Shown: in pieces, positions 39,536-49,117 of the stretch | Position numbering within the stretch: position 1 is the stretch's first letter | Layout of the letters: every line of letters starts with the position of its first letter | NCBI GenBank assembly: GCA_903889905.1 | Contig: CAISZI010000053.1 | Coordinates: 74,599 to 138,598 of the forward strand | Length of the DNA: 64,000 nucleotides | Reading direction: 5' to 3' | Source of the DNA: Candidatus Wirthbacteria bacterium | GTDB taxonomy: Bacteria; Patescibacteriota; CG2-30-54-11 | The notes under the pieces: model-generated | Databases searched by the model: none | What the model was told of the DNA's origin: nothing | The model's input: only the letters and a program-made list of their open reading frames with translations | Program-made: the position numbers and the translations under genes

Positions 39536-40474
39536 ATGGATAAACGCAATATTATTATCATTGGTTCGGGACCAGCTGGACTGACCGCTGCGATTTATGC
39601 GGCGCGGGCGAGTCTTGCTCCATTGCTGTTTGCCGGTGTGGAGTTTGGTGGACAGCTGATGACGACCACGGAGATTGAGAATTTTCCCGGTTTTCCCGAA
39701 GGCATTCAGGGGCCGGATTTGATGATGAACATGGTCAAACAGGCGGAACGTTTTGGCACTGAAATTCGTTTCGAAAACGTCACCGCGGTGGATTTTGGTG
39801 AAATGCAAAATTTCAAAGTCTATGTTGGTGATACTGAATATACGGCCAAAAGTGTGATCGTGGCGACCGGTGCGCGGCCGCGGTTGCTTGACCTTCCTTC
39901 TGAACACCGGTTGTGGGGCAAAGGGGTGACTTCCTGCGCCACTTGCGATGGCCCGTTTTACCGGGGCAAAGTGGTGGCGGTGATTGGCGGCGGCGACAGC
40001 GCCATGGAAGAAGCGACGTTTTTGACCCGGTTTGCCAGCAAGGTTTATCTGATTCACAGGCGTGATGAATTCCGGGCCAGCAAAATCATGGTGCAAAAAG
40101 TTAAAGCTAACGCCAAGATTGAAATCATTTTGCATGCCGAAGTACTGGAAATCCTGGGTGAACCCAAAGTAAGCGGGGTAAAACTGTTGAACAAACAAAT
40201 CCAGACCGAATCAACCCTCAACCTGGATGGCGTGTTCATGGCGATTGGCCACATCCCGGTGACGAATTATCTGGTGAACAAAGCTGGTCAGCCGCAACTT
40301 GAAATTTTGCCCAGTGGTTACATCCATACCCGCGATCAGATTTATGCCAGTGTCGAGGGTGTATTTGTGGCGGGTGACGTGCAGGATAGCCATTTTCGTC
40401 AGGCGATCACCGCAGCAGGGACTGGCGCCATGACGGCGCTGGAAGCCGAAAAGTGGCTCGTAGAAAACAGTTGA
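39536..40474 (+). CDS. trxB: Thioredoxin-disulfide reductase
   Basis: GSGPAG, CATCDG, GGGDSA.EEA, HRRDEFRA, AGDV, RQAITAAG. Confidence 0.96.
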   Translation: MDKRNIIIIGSGPAGLTAAIYAARASLAPLLFAGVEFGGQLMTTTEIENFPGFPEGIQGPDLMMNMVKQAERFGTEIRFENVTAVDFGEMQNFKVYVGDTEYTAKSVIVATGARPRLLDLPSEHRLWGKGVTSCATCDGPFYRGKVVAVIGGGDSAMEEATFLTRFASKVYLIHRRDEFRASKIMVQKVKANAKIEIILHAEVLEILGEPKVSGVKLLNKQIQTESTLNLDGVFMAIGHIPVTNYLVNKAGQPQLEILPSGYIHTRDQIYASVEGVFVAGDVQDSHFRQAITAAGTGAMTALEAEKWLVENS

Positions 40475-40568
40475 GTAGTCCATGTTGGTTGTACCCCTTT
40501 AAAGCTATTTTGCTGCAAAGGACGTAACTAAAGTAATCGAGTTTTTATAAGTTATTGAGCTGCACGCA

Positions 40569-41000
40569 TTGGAACGGCACGGCATCATTCCTTCGTCATT
40601 TCTTTACCTGCAACAGGACGAGAAAATTTTACTCTTGCGACGTCGCAATACGGGATTTGCCGATGGCCAGTACAGTCTGATTGCCGGGCACGTTGACGCG
40701 GGGGAATCATTTGTGACGGCAATGGTGCGAGAAGCCCGTGAGGAAGCTGGCATCACCGTGGCTGCCGGGGATCTGGAATTGGTGCATGTGATGAATCTAT
40801 TGTCGGGAGGAAGCGAACGACTGCACATGATTTTCAGGCCCAGGCAGTGGGAAGGTGTGCCGACGAATCGTGAACCTGATAAATGCGACCAGATGGGTTG
40901 GTATTCATTGCAGCAAATGCCGGACAATCTCATTCCCTATATCCGATTTTCCATCGAGGCGATCGGACGTGGCCAGATTTATAGTGAGTGGGGTTGGTAA
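40569..41000 (+). CDS. NUDIX hydrolase
   Basis: Nudix box GHVDAGES...REAREEAG. Confidence 0.88.
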   Translation: MERHGIIPSSFLYLQQDEKILLLRRRNTGFADGQYSLIAGHVDAGESFVTAMVREAREEAGITVAAGDLELVHVMNLLSGGSERLHMIFRPRQWEGVPTNREPDKCDQMGWYSLQQMPDNLIPYIRFSIEAIGRGQIYSEWGW

Positions 41001-41077
41001 ATTCAGGCATCCGGGTTTATAATTAGCTCTATTCGTGGTAAACTTTAAAACTAAGAGAAATGACATAGGAGTTGAAA

Positions 41078-41923
41078 ATGGCGGAAATACCTGTCTTGCC
41101 CAATGTTGAAAATACGCTAGCTCCACAGGATGCCGTTACGACCGGATCATTGCGCCAGGTAATGCGCAGTTTGCCCAATGATGTCAGTTTTGGCAAGCCC
41201 AGCCGTCGCGGTTCTTTGCTCGGTTCCATTGTCAAAAATGCATTGGTATTGATCGTATTGATACTGCTTACCATCACGGCGCTCTATTGGCAAACGATTG
41301 TCAATGAAATTAATTACCGCCTGATCCAGAAAAACAAACCCGCACCGGCGGTTGAAACATCCACGCCAAACGGCTTGTTTGCCGGTAATCAGACGTCGTA
41401 TCAGGCGCAGGACTCCCACCTCAGCGCTGATCAGCCGATCATTCCGCAGGATAACCGCCTGGTGATCAGTAAAATTGGCGTCAATGCGCCGATCGTGGAC
41501 ATCCCGACCTATAATGACGCCGATGTGCTCAAGTCGATTCAACAGGGCGCCGGTCGCTACGCCGACACGGGCATCCCGGGGCAGCCTGGCAATGTGGTTC
41601 TGACCGGGCATAGTTCGTACTGGTGGTGGGATCCGGGCAAATACAAGTTCATTTTTCAGCATCTCGAAGATCTGCAGGTGGGTGACATCATTACCATTTA
41701 CTACAATCAGGTCAAATACGACTACAAAGTCAGCAACAAACAGGTGGTCAAACCATCCGGGCCACATGTGGACGCGATTTTTGATCAGGCGGCTTATCAG
41801 GACAATCCGATCCTTCGTATCCTTACCTGCACACCGGTTGGTACCGCCTTGAACCGGTTGGTGGTCACCGCCGAACAAATCAGTCCAACGCCCAAGAAAG
41901 CAGCCGCCACTATCACGCATTAA
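41078..41923 (+). CDS. Sortase (class D/E-like)
   Basis: TM anchor, PG..GNVVLTGH, ILTCTP, NRLVV catalytic His/Cys/Arg. Confidence 0.9.
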   Translation: MAEIPVLPNVENTLAPQDAVTTGSLRQVMRSLPNDVSFGKPSRRGSLLGSIVKNALVLIVLILLTITALYWQTIVNEINYRLIQKNKPAPAVETSTPNGLFAGNQTSYQAQDSHLSADQPIIPQDNRLVISKIGVNAPIVDIPTYNDADVLKSIQQGAGRYADTGIPGQPGNVVLTGHSSYWWWDPGKYKFIFQHLEDLQVGDIITIYYNQVKYDYKVSNKQVVKPSGPHVDAIFDQAAYQDNPILRILTCTPVGTALNRLVVTAEQISPTPKKAAATITH

Positions 41924-41964
41924 AGTCCCCCTAAAGCCATTTTTTTCTTTAAGTCAGCACCAAA

Positions 41965-42633
41965 ATGAAAATCAAACCCCATCAATTGCAAAAAAAATAT
42001 CTCGACGATAGCCTGGTTCTAAGTGTAACCGGCATGTCCAATGTTGGTAAAAGCTTCTGGTCCAAACGGCTCAGGGAACTTGGCTTTACGTTTTTCAGCT
42101 GTGACGACTGGATTGAGGCCAACCTGGCCGAGGAACTGGTCAAAATCGGTTATGGTGGGATCGAAGACATGGCCAGATGGCTCGGGCAGCCTTATGACAA
42201 ACAGTACCAGCAAACGCAGCAGGCTTATCTGGAATGGGAAGAACAGTCGTTGTACCATGTCTTTGCGCACATTGCTGAAAATGGCGGGAACTGGGTGATT
42301 GATACGACCGGGAGTATGGTGCATCTGCCAGTCATCAGCCAGGAGAAGCTCAAGGCCAATTCGGTGGTGGTTTGCCTGGATGCGGGCGAGGATATGGTGG
42401 ACCAGATGTACGAAAAGTTTTTGTCTTATCCCAAGCCTGTGGTGTGGGCAGACCTGTTTGAACATGTCAAAGGCGAGAAATACCGCGATTCCCTGCGCCG
42501 CAGCTATCCAAAATTACTCCGCTACCGTTCGCAAAAATACCGGGAGATCGCCGACGTGTTGATCCCGCGTGACCGTATACCCTTTGACAGTTCGGTGGAG
42601 GAGTTTTTTGAATTGCTCAAGGAAAATCTATGA
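41965..42633 (+). CDS. P-loop kinase with shikimate/NMP-kinase-like fold
   Basis: GMSNVGKS Walker A, VIDTTGS, R...Y...AD C-terminal motif; ATGA overlap with thrC. Confidence 0.75.
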   Translation: MKIKPHQLQKKYLDDSLVLSVTGMSNVGKSFWSKRLRELGFTFFSCDDWIEANLAEELVKIGYGGIEDMARWLGQPYDKQYQQTQQAYLEWEEQSLYHVFAHIAENGGNWVIDTTGSMVHLPVISQEKLKANSVVVCLDAGEDMVDQMYEKFLSYPKPVVWADLFEHVKGEKYRDSLRRSYPKLLRYRSQKYREIADVLIPRDRIPFDSSVEEFFELLKENL

Positions 42634-43925
42634 AATATTATTCCACCAATCGGCGCTGCCCTGCGGTGGATTTGAAAACCGCTGTTTTGCAAGGATTGGC
42701 GCCCGACGGTGGGCTGTATATGCCTGAACAGTTGTTAGTTTTGCGGCGTGAGTTTTGGACAAACTGGAAAGAAAAATCTTTTGCCGAACTTAGCCTGGAG
42801 GTTCTTACCCCCTGGCTAGGAGACTCCGTCCCTGGTGATGAACTCGGTATCATGGTGGAAGATGCGTTTAACTTTGATGTGCCTTTGTGCCAAATCGAAG
42901 AGCGGGTGAACGTACTGGAATTGTTTGGCGGGCCGACGTGTGCCTTCAAAGATTTCGCGGCGCGGTTGATGGCACGCCTGGTGCGGTATTTTGTGCAGCA
43001 AGAAAATCATCGACTGACAATTCTTGTGGCGACCTCCGGTGATACCGGCAGTGCTGTGGCCAGTGGATTTCTGGGTGTTCCCGATATCGACGTGGTCATC
43101 CTTTATCCGCGTGGCAAGGTCAGCGACATCCAGGAACGTCAGCTGTGTGGTATGGGTGGGAATGTGGCGGCGCTCAGGGTTGAGGGCACGTTCGACGACT
43201 GCCAGGCACTGGTCAAACAAGCCTTTGTAGATCAGGAAATTCAAGCCAAACGGCCGCTCGGTTCCGCCAATTCGATCAATATCGCGCGGTTGTTGCCACA
43301 AATGTGTTACTACTTTTGGGCCATGGCTCGTCTTGGAGGCAAGCAACCGGTGGTGGTATCCGTCCCGAGTGGGAATTTTGGTAATTTAACCGCCGGACTG
43401 ATGGCGCAACGCATGGGATTACCGGTTGATCGTTTTGTGGCTGCGACAAATAACAATGATGCCGTGCCGCGCTTCTTGATGACTGGCGAGTACAAGCCAT
43501 TGCCTTCCAAGGCAACTATTTCCAATGCCATGGACGTAGGCAATCCCAGCAATTTTGTGCGTATGCTGGAATTATTTGATCATGACGCCAAAGCAATGGC
43601 CAAAGTTCTTAGTGGGTATAGCTTTTCGGACGACGCCACACAATCTGCGATCGGTGACGTGTTTGGCCGCAGCGGTTATGTCCTGGACCCGCATGGCGCT
43701 GTGGGGTATCTCGGCCTTAAAACCGAACTCCAGAAGCGGCCTGATACGGTCGGTATTTTCCTGGAAACCGCACATCCCGCCAAATTCGCGGCAGTGGTGG
43801 AACCCTGTATTGGGCAAGCAGTGGAAGCGCCAGCACGTCTGGCGCAATATCTTGAACTGGAACCAAAGTCGACGTCGTTGGCCAATGATTTTCAGGCATT
43901 AAAAACGTTTCTTTTGTCTTCTTAA
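42630..43925 (+). CDS. thrC: Threonine synthase
   Basis: GLAPDGGLY, GPT.AFKDF, ATSGDTG, NSINIARL, PSGNFGN, TAHPAKF. Confidence 0.95.
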   Translation: MKYYSTNRRCPAVDLKTAVLQGLAPDGGLYMPEQLLVLRREFWTNWKEKSFAELSLEVLTPWLGDSVPGDELGIMVEDAFNFDVPLCQIEERVNVLELFGGPTCAFKDFAARLMARLVRYFVQQENHRLTILVATSGDTGSAVASGFLGVPDIDVVILYPRGKVSDIQERQLCGMGGNVAALRVEGTFDDCQALVKQAFVDQEIQAKRPLGSANSINIARLLPQMCYYFWAMARLGGKQPVVVSVPSGNFGNLTAGLMAQRMGLPVDRFVAATNNNDAVPRFLMTGEYKPLPSKATISNAMDVGNPSNFVRMLELFDHDAKAMAKVLSGYSFSDDATQSAIGDVFGRSGYVLDPHGAVGYLGLKTELQKRPDTVGIFLETAHPAKFAAVVEPCIGQAVEAPARLAQYLELEPKSTSLANDFQALKTFLLSS

Positions 43926-43936
43926 AGTGAAACCAA

Positions 43937-44806
43937 ATGATCATCCCTACCAAACAGCTCAAATCCGGTTTTGCCATGCCTGTCTATGGTCTCGGGACTT
44001 GGCGTATGGGTGGAGACATGACCCGCAATCCGGCCAATGATGACGCGGCAGATGTGAAAGCAATCAAAATGGCAATTGAGCACGGTGTGACCCATATCGA
44101 TACTGCCGAACGCTATGCCGAAGGCCACGCCGAGGAGCTGGTGGGTGAAGCGATTCGTGGTCAAGAGCGCCAAAATCTATTTTTGGTATCCAAGGTCGGT
44201 AGCACCCATTTGGCTTACGACGACCTTTTGCAGTCTTGTCAGGCGAGCTTGAAGAGGCTTGGTACGGATTACCTGGATCTTTATCTGATTCATTCCGCCA
44301 ATGAAGACATTCCACTAACCGAGACGATGCGCGCCATGGACAAGCTGGTCGAAGATGGGCTGATTCGCCATATCGGGGTGAGCAACTTTACGGCTGAACG
44401 CATGATCCGGGCGCAGGAAGTGTGCCGGCACAAAATTGTCGCCACCCAGGTGCATTACAACTTGATGGTGCGAGAGGTAGAACGTAAACATCTGCTTGAG
44501 TACTGCCAGAGCAACGACATCATGTTGATTGCCTGGCGACCGGTCCAAAAAGGGATGCTGTCCGAAACCAAGGATATGTTTCTGCTGGACATCTGCCGTC
44601 GTTATGCCAAAACGCCAGCACAAGTTGCCATTAACTGGCTGATTTCCCAACCCAATGTCGTGACCCTGGCCAAGACAGGATCCGCGCAGCATCTGAACGA
44701 AAACCTTGGTTGCCTGGGTTGGCAATTATCGACTGATGATATTGAACGACTGCGGTGGGATTATGTTCCACAGCTGGATGAGTCTGATGCGGTGACATTG
44801 AAGTAA
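43937..44806 (+). CDS. Aldo/keto reductase
   Basis: GLGTW, IDTAERY, SKV, DYLDLYLIH, IGVSNF. Confidence 0.93.
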   Translation: MIIPTKQLKSGFAMPVYGLGTWRMGGDMTRNPANDDAADVKAIKMAIEHGVTHIDTAERYAEGHAEELVGEAIRGQERQNLFLVSKVGSTHLAYDDLLQSCQASLKRLGTDYLDLYLIHSANEDIPLTETMRAMDKLVEDGLIRHIGVSNFTAERMIRAQEVCRHKIVATQVHYNLMVREVERKHLLEYCQSNDIMLIAWRPVQKGMLSETKDMFLLDICRRYAKTPAQVAINWLISQPNVVTLAKTGSAQHLNENLGCLGWQLSTDDIERLRWDYVPQLDESDAVTLK

Positions 44807-44833
44807 AAAAAACACCTCGGAGGGGAGGTGTTC
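44805..44833 (-). terminator. Terminator between convergent genes
   Basis: A-tract plus AACACCTC-GGAGGG-GAGGTGTT hairpin. Confidence 0.7.
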
Positions 44834-44861
44834 TGGGAAATTGATTTGAGAGAGTTATAGG

Positions 44862-45512
44862 TTAGTTAACAGCAATTGGCTCACTTAAAAAGACACTGAA
44901 TGAGTTGGGTGTCTGATTTTTGTTGACGCCGGTATAGTAATAAATGATGAGAAATTGTTTTTTGTGGTTGATCTCACGAACAAAACTAGACAGATCACCT
45001 TCGGCTCCGCCTGCCGACATATTTTGATTCCAACCATGCAGTACCAACATTCCAGAGGATGCGTCTGTTAAAATATTTTCAAGGTTGATTGCAAATTTAA
45101 CGTCATCGGCTATGAGTGCATTATCAGATTGAATGCGGTAGGTTTTGATCGAATATCCGGATAAATTGACATTCTTTGTCAGGCCATTTGGCAAATTATA
45201 TTGCCAGGCTTCAATGCTGTTCCTGGTTTTAGGTGTCCACTTGATCGGAGCAGTCCAGGATTCAATCAGAGCCAGTGGATCGGAGGCCAAAATGGGATCA
45301 TTAATCGGTCCGCTGATCGGGTGAAGGACGGGCTGGAGATTGGCCGTTACCTGGGGTGATTCCAAGGCAATGGCACTTTCGGTGTTGTTGATGATGACAA
45401 TGACCAAAAAAAGGCCGACGCATGCGATAAATAAGTCGACTGCGAGCAGCATCCAGAAATTGACTTTCGTTTTGGGTTTGGAGGGGGCTGGAGAGGGGAT
45501 GGGAGATGCCAT
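44862..45512 (-). CDS. Hypothetical single-TM membrane protein
   Basis: Pro-rich N-terminus, one hydrophobic helix, soluble domain. Confidence 0.65.
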   Translation of the reverse strand: MASPIPSPAPSKPKTKVNFWMLLAVDLFIACVGLFLVIVIINNTESAIALESPQVTANLQPVLHPISGPINDPILASDPLALIESWTAPIKWTPKTRNSIEAWQYNLPNGLTKNVNLSGYSIKTYRIQSDNALIADDVKFAINLENILTDASSGMLVLHGWNQNMSAGGAEGDLSSFVREINHKKQFLIIYYYTGVNKNQTPNSFSVFLSEPIAVN

Positions 45513-45590
45513 GGGGATTCCTTGGGGATTCCTTGGGGGTCAAAATAAGGATTGCGTTAGTTGTTTTCGACAATTTGGATTATTACCTGC

Positions 45591-45760
45591 TCCGTCCTGA
45601 GGACAGGACTGCAGGGTTAAGTAGGACTAAGCTCACAAGCTTTGTTGAGTCATTTGTCCCATTCCGTCCTGAGGACAGGACGACAGGGTTAAGTAGGACT
45701 AAGCTCACAAGCTTTGTTGAGTCATTTGTCCCATTCCGTCCTGAGGACAGGACTACAGGG
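45591..45760. repeat. 72-bp tandem repeat (~2.4 copies) downstream of tRNA-Pro
   Basis: TCCGTCCTGAGGACAGGAC starts at 45591, 45663 and 45735; the intervening sequences are near-identical. Confidence 0.92.
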
Positions 45761-45801
45761 ACAAATTCCGACTAGGCTCGAAGACTTGCCAAGTCGTCAT
45801 T

Positions 45802-45877
45802 TGGTCGGGGCGACAGGATTCGAACCTGCGGCCTCATGGTCCCAAACCACGCGCGCTACCAACTGCGCTACGCCCCG
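45802..45877 (-). tRNA. tRNA-Pro(TGG)
   Basis: CGGGGCG...CGTGG-TT-TGG-GA-CCATG...GGTTCGAATCC...CGCCCCG-A-CCA. Confidence 0.96.
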
Positions 45878-45987
45878 TTAACGATCGTGTGAGCATTGAG
45901 CTTGGAGTAAAAGGAAAGCGGCAATCTCACGGGAAGTGATAATACAGGGTTTTAAAGTGTTTGAGTAGTAGTTATTTGGATTGTGGT

Positions 45988-46016
45988 TTGACACCGCAGG
46001 GGTCTTTCCCTATAAT
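45988..46016 (+). promoter_or_regulatory. Consensus sigma70 promoter of the rpmH operon
   Basis: TTGACA-N17-TATAAT. Confidence 0.85.
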
Positions 46017-46054
46017 CTCGGTGTTATTTGCCGATTTATATTAGGGAATGCGAT

Positions 46055-46201
46055 ATGAAGCGCACCTACCAGCCCAACAACCGTAAACACTACAAAACAC
46101 ATGGTTTTAGAGCGCGCATGAAAACTCTTGCCGGTCGCATGGTGATCAAGCGCCGCAACATCCGCGGCCGCAAACGCGTCACGGTTTCTGACGACAAATA
46201 G
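46055..46201 (+). CDS. rpmH: 50S ribosomal protein L34 (48 aa; not in the ORF track)
   Basis: Manual translation [48 protein letters not shown]. Confidence 0.95.
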   Translation: MKRTYQPNNRKHYKTHGFRARMKTLAGRMVIKRRNIRGRKRVTVSDDK

Positions 46202-46212
46202 GCAGTTAAGAA

Positions 46213-46554
46213 ATGTTGCCTTCCGCTTACCGTCTGCATCGGGAGCAGGATATCAATCGACTTTACAAGCGAGCATTGGTCAAAGGGGATGGCGAACTGG
46301 TTATGTACAGCGCCCCCAACCGATTGCGCCAAAGCCGTTTTGTCATTGTCACACCCAAAAAAGTGGGCAAGGCACATGACCGTAACCGCCTCAAGCGTAT
46401 GCTCAAAGCCAGCATTTTGCTGCAGCTGAGGCAAATCGTCAATGGATATGATATAGTGGTGCACGTTAAACCGCAAAGGCTCGACAAGCACCGCCAGGAA
46501 ATGGACGTGCAACTTCGTCAATTATTACAACGCAGTAACCTTTGGACATCTTGA
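46213..46554 (+). CDS. rnpA: Ribonuclease P protein component
   Basis: [14 protein letters not shown] (RNR motif); synteny with rpmH. Confidence 0.92.
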   Translation: MLPSAYRLHREQDINRLYKRALVKGDGELVMYSAPNRLRQSRFVIVTPKKVGKAHDRNRLKRMLKASILLQLRQIVNGYDIVVHVKPQRLDKHRQEMDVQLRQLLQRSNLWTS

Positions 46555-46805
46555 AACAAATCTTACAAAGTGTTTTGAGTATTCCCAAATGGATTCTGCT
46601 GGGAGTGATCAAGCTGTATCGCAGTATTCCATTTCGGGGAGCCTTGTCGCAGTGCAAATACACGCCCACCTGTTCGGAATACACCTATGATGCCATTGCA
46701 CGCTTTGGGGCGATCAGGGGCGGATACATGGGGGCCAAACGTATCTTGCGATGCAATCCCATGAGCCGTGGCGGGTACGATCCAGTGCCGGAATCAAAAA
46801 AGTAG
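46542..46805 (+). CDS. yidD: Membrane protein insertion efficiency factor
   Basis: [10 protein letters not shown]...RILRCNP..GGYDPVP. Confidence 0.93.
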   Translation: MDILKQILQSVLSIPKWILLGVIKLYRSIPFRGALSQCKYTPTCSEYTYDAIARFGAIRGGYMGAKRILRCNPMSRGGYDPVPESKK

Positions 46806-46830
46806 CTTATTCATTGACGAGACTATCATC

Positions 46831-47589
46831 ATGGCAACTATCGGCAACCTGTTTCATACGATTTTTTACCAGCCAATTCTCAACATCATGGTGCTGTGTT
46901 ATCACCTGATCCCGCTCAAGAACTTTGGCTTTGCGATCATTGCCATTACGGTGCTGTCGCGCTTCATCCTCTGGCCGCTGACCAAAAAAGGCATTGATTC
47001 GCAGAAGAAAATGACGGCAATCCAGCCCAAACTCAGTGAGCTGCAAAAAAAATACGCCAAAGACAAAGATCGGCTCTACCAGGAAACGATGGCACTTTAC
47101 AAGGAAGCCAAGATCAACCCGGCGTCAGGCTGTTTGCCATTGTTACTGCAATTTCCCTTCTACATTGCCATCTATCAGGCTCTGGGCACTGGGCTCAAAG
47201 CTGACAATCTGGCCAAATTGAACGCCGATTTGTACACGTTTATTCCCAAGCTGACCGAAATCAAAACCATGTTCCTGTGGTTTGACATGACCAAGCATGA
47301 CCCGATCATGTTGCTGCCTGTCCTGGTGGCTGCGACGCAGTTTTTGCAAGCCAAACTAACCATGGGCAAAGCCTCGGGGCCAGCTGCGGATGCCGCCAAA
47401 CAAAGCATGCTGATCATGCCGGTGGTGTTTTTGATCATTGGTTTGCAACTTCCATCGGGGCTCAATTTTTATATTTTTCTGTCCAATTTGCTGGCGATTT
47501 TTCAACAGGTTGGCCCCAAAGACTTCTTCCGTTTTGCATGGCTGACTTCGGTCTTTAAAAAGGAAGCCAAAAATGGCAATAAAGCTTAG
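46831..47589 (+). CDS. yidC: YidC/Oxa1 insertase (short form)
   Basis: FGFAIIAIT..R..L.PL, GCLPLLLQFP, LPSGL; synteny. Confidence 0.92.
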   Translation: MATIGNLFHTIFYQPILNIMVLCYHLIPLKNFGFAIIAITVLSRFILWPLTKKGIDSQKKMTAIQPKLSELQKKYAKDKDRLYQETMALYKEAKINPASGCLPLLLQFPFYIAIYQALGTGLKADNLAKLNADLYTFIPKLTEIKTMFLWFDMTKHDPIMLLPVLVAATQFLQAKLTMGKASGPAADAAKQSMLIMPVVFLIIGLQLPSGLNFYIFLSNLLAIFQQVGPKDFFRFAWLTSVFKKEAKNGNKA

Positions 47590-48034
47590 TTATGTCAACG
47601 TCTGCAAAGAGATCGTTGCTGACCTGCTGACCAAACTTGGGATTGAGGCCGAAACCAGCATCCGGGCCAATGACGAGATGATTTTCGTGGAAATTGAAGG
47701 CGGCAACAGCAAGGATTTGATCGGCTACCGGGGGGATACCCTGGCTTCGCTGCAAACGATTTTGAGTATGCTGCTGAGCAAACAAGTCAGTGAACGGATT
47801 TATGTGGCTGTCGACGTCAACGGCTATCGTGATCACCGTGAACAGGCGCTTACGGCCATGGCCAAACGTGCCGCCGAGGAAGTTATGCTGAGCCTTAAAC
47901 CGATTACTTTAGACAGCATGTTGCCCTACGAACGCCGCATTGTGCATCTGGTTTTGCAGGGCTTCCCCGAAGTCATGAGCGAGTCCGAAGGCGAAGAACC
48001 TGATCGCAAGATCGTGATCAAACCAACCGTTTAA
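47573..48034 (+). CDS. jag: Jag/KhpB RNA-binding protein (KH plus R3H, no Jag_N domain)
   Basis: LIGYRGDTL.SLQ, ERRIVH, SEGEEP.R. Confidence 0.88.
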   Translation: MAIKLSYVNVCKEIVADLLTKLGIEAETSIRANDEMIFVEIEGGNSKDLIGYRGDTLASLQTILSMLLSKQVSERIYVAVDVNGYRDHREQALTAMAKRAAEEVMLSLKPITLDSMLPYERRIVHLVLQGFPEVMSESEGEEPDRKIVIKPTV

Positions 48035-48051
48035 ATTGTCAGGAGTCAGCC

Positions 48052-48240
48052 ATGTCTCAACTCAACGATGCGATTGCTGATTACTGCATTAATCATCGGG
48101 TTGAAGGAACAAAAGTTGTTGGGGAATTAGAAAAGGGCGGACAAAAGAAAACTCTCGGTACTTTTGCGTCGAAGAAGGAAGCTGAAGCCGCCTTGAGCGA
48201 GTATTGGGCTGAGAAAAATGATTTTGAAAGTAGATATTAA
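48052..48240 (+). CDS. Small hypothetical protein (62 aa)
   Basis: AGGAG RBS; terminator-like hairpin with T-tract at about 48298-48332. Confidence 0.65.
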   Translation: MSQLNDAIADYCINHRVEGTKVVGELEKGGQKKTLGTFASKKEAEAALSEYWAEKNDFESRY

Positions 48241-48403
48241 CCAAATTCGTAAAATTGTTGGTGTGCAGAGTAAAAGTTACCGTTGATTTGATAAAGCAAA
48301 GGGGATCGGACAGGGGTTCAGTCCTTTTTTTTGTTGGGTGGACAGAAATTTGGGTTCGTTGGTATAATGACTGCCTTTGACAATTAATCACTGGCTTAAA
48401 AGA

Positions 48404-49111
48404 ATGAAAAGAATCTTGGTTACGGGAAATCGTGGAGATGACAGTTACAATGCTTTTGGATTGGTAAAAATGCAAATCTTGAGTGCAATGGGCATAATAG
48501 TGCCAAGAGACGCTAAATTTGCATTGGATTTCAGCACAATCTCAAAAAAAATTGAATTTATTGAAGCCGACAATCCCGAGGCGGCTATTGAGCTTTGGCA
48601 AAAATATAGATACTTCGATCAAGTTGTCGTCGTGAATGGGTTTGAACAAGTTGGTAAATTGCAGGCCATGTTTGAGGAGCTTGCTGCCGCTGACAAAACA
48701 GTAATCTGGGGAGAAATCTTGTTTCTTGGTGATGATGAGGACACACTGCAAGAAATGAAATTTATTGCTGACAATATAGCCGATAGCTCGATTATCCCAA
48801 ACGGTGGTATCGAGTGGATGAGAGAAATTGTGCCTTGGGTAAATGGGGACTTTGACCAAAGCAAACCGTCACTTGATATGACTTATTCCAAGCTAATAAA
48901 TCCTGGATCTTTGCATGTCGTAGAAATTAATGTTCAAGGGAAACCGCCATTTGTTGTGATGGGTAAGAATTTAAAGACACAGAAGGAAGTAGAGTTAGGT
49001 CGATTTGTCAGCCAGTTTGCTGCTGAGTGGGCAATTGAGCGAAAAGATGTCAGGCAAAGCATTGAGGAAGATTCATTGGAATATTGGCATGACTATGGTT
49101 TCGACCTGTAG
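48404..49111 (+). CDS. Hypothetical protein
   Basis: Clean AT-richer ORF; no family recognised. Confidence 0.65.
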   Translation: MKRILVTGNRGDDSYNAFGLVKMQILSAMGIIVPRDAKFALDFSTISKKIEFIEADNPEAAIELWQKYRYFDQVVVVNGFEQVGKLQAMFEELAAADKTVIWGEILFLGDDEDTLQEMKFIADNIADSSIIPNGGIEWMREIVPWVNGDFDQSKPSLDMTYSKLINPGSLHVVEINVQGKPPFVVMGKNLKTQKEVELGRFVSQFAAEWAIERKDVRQSIEEDSLEYWHDYGFDL

Positions 49112-49117
49112 AAATTA

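Noticed and set aside
45591-45760. Possible CRISPR array
   Set aside because: The would-be spacers are identical, so it is a plain 72-bp tandem repeat, and no cas genes are in the window
45506-45775. 89-aa ORF with repeated peptide
   Set aside because: Translation of the 72-bp DNA repeat; no RBS or other support
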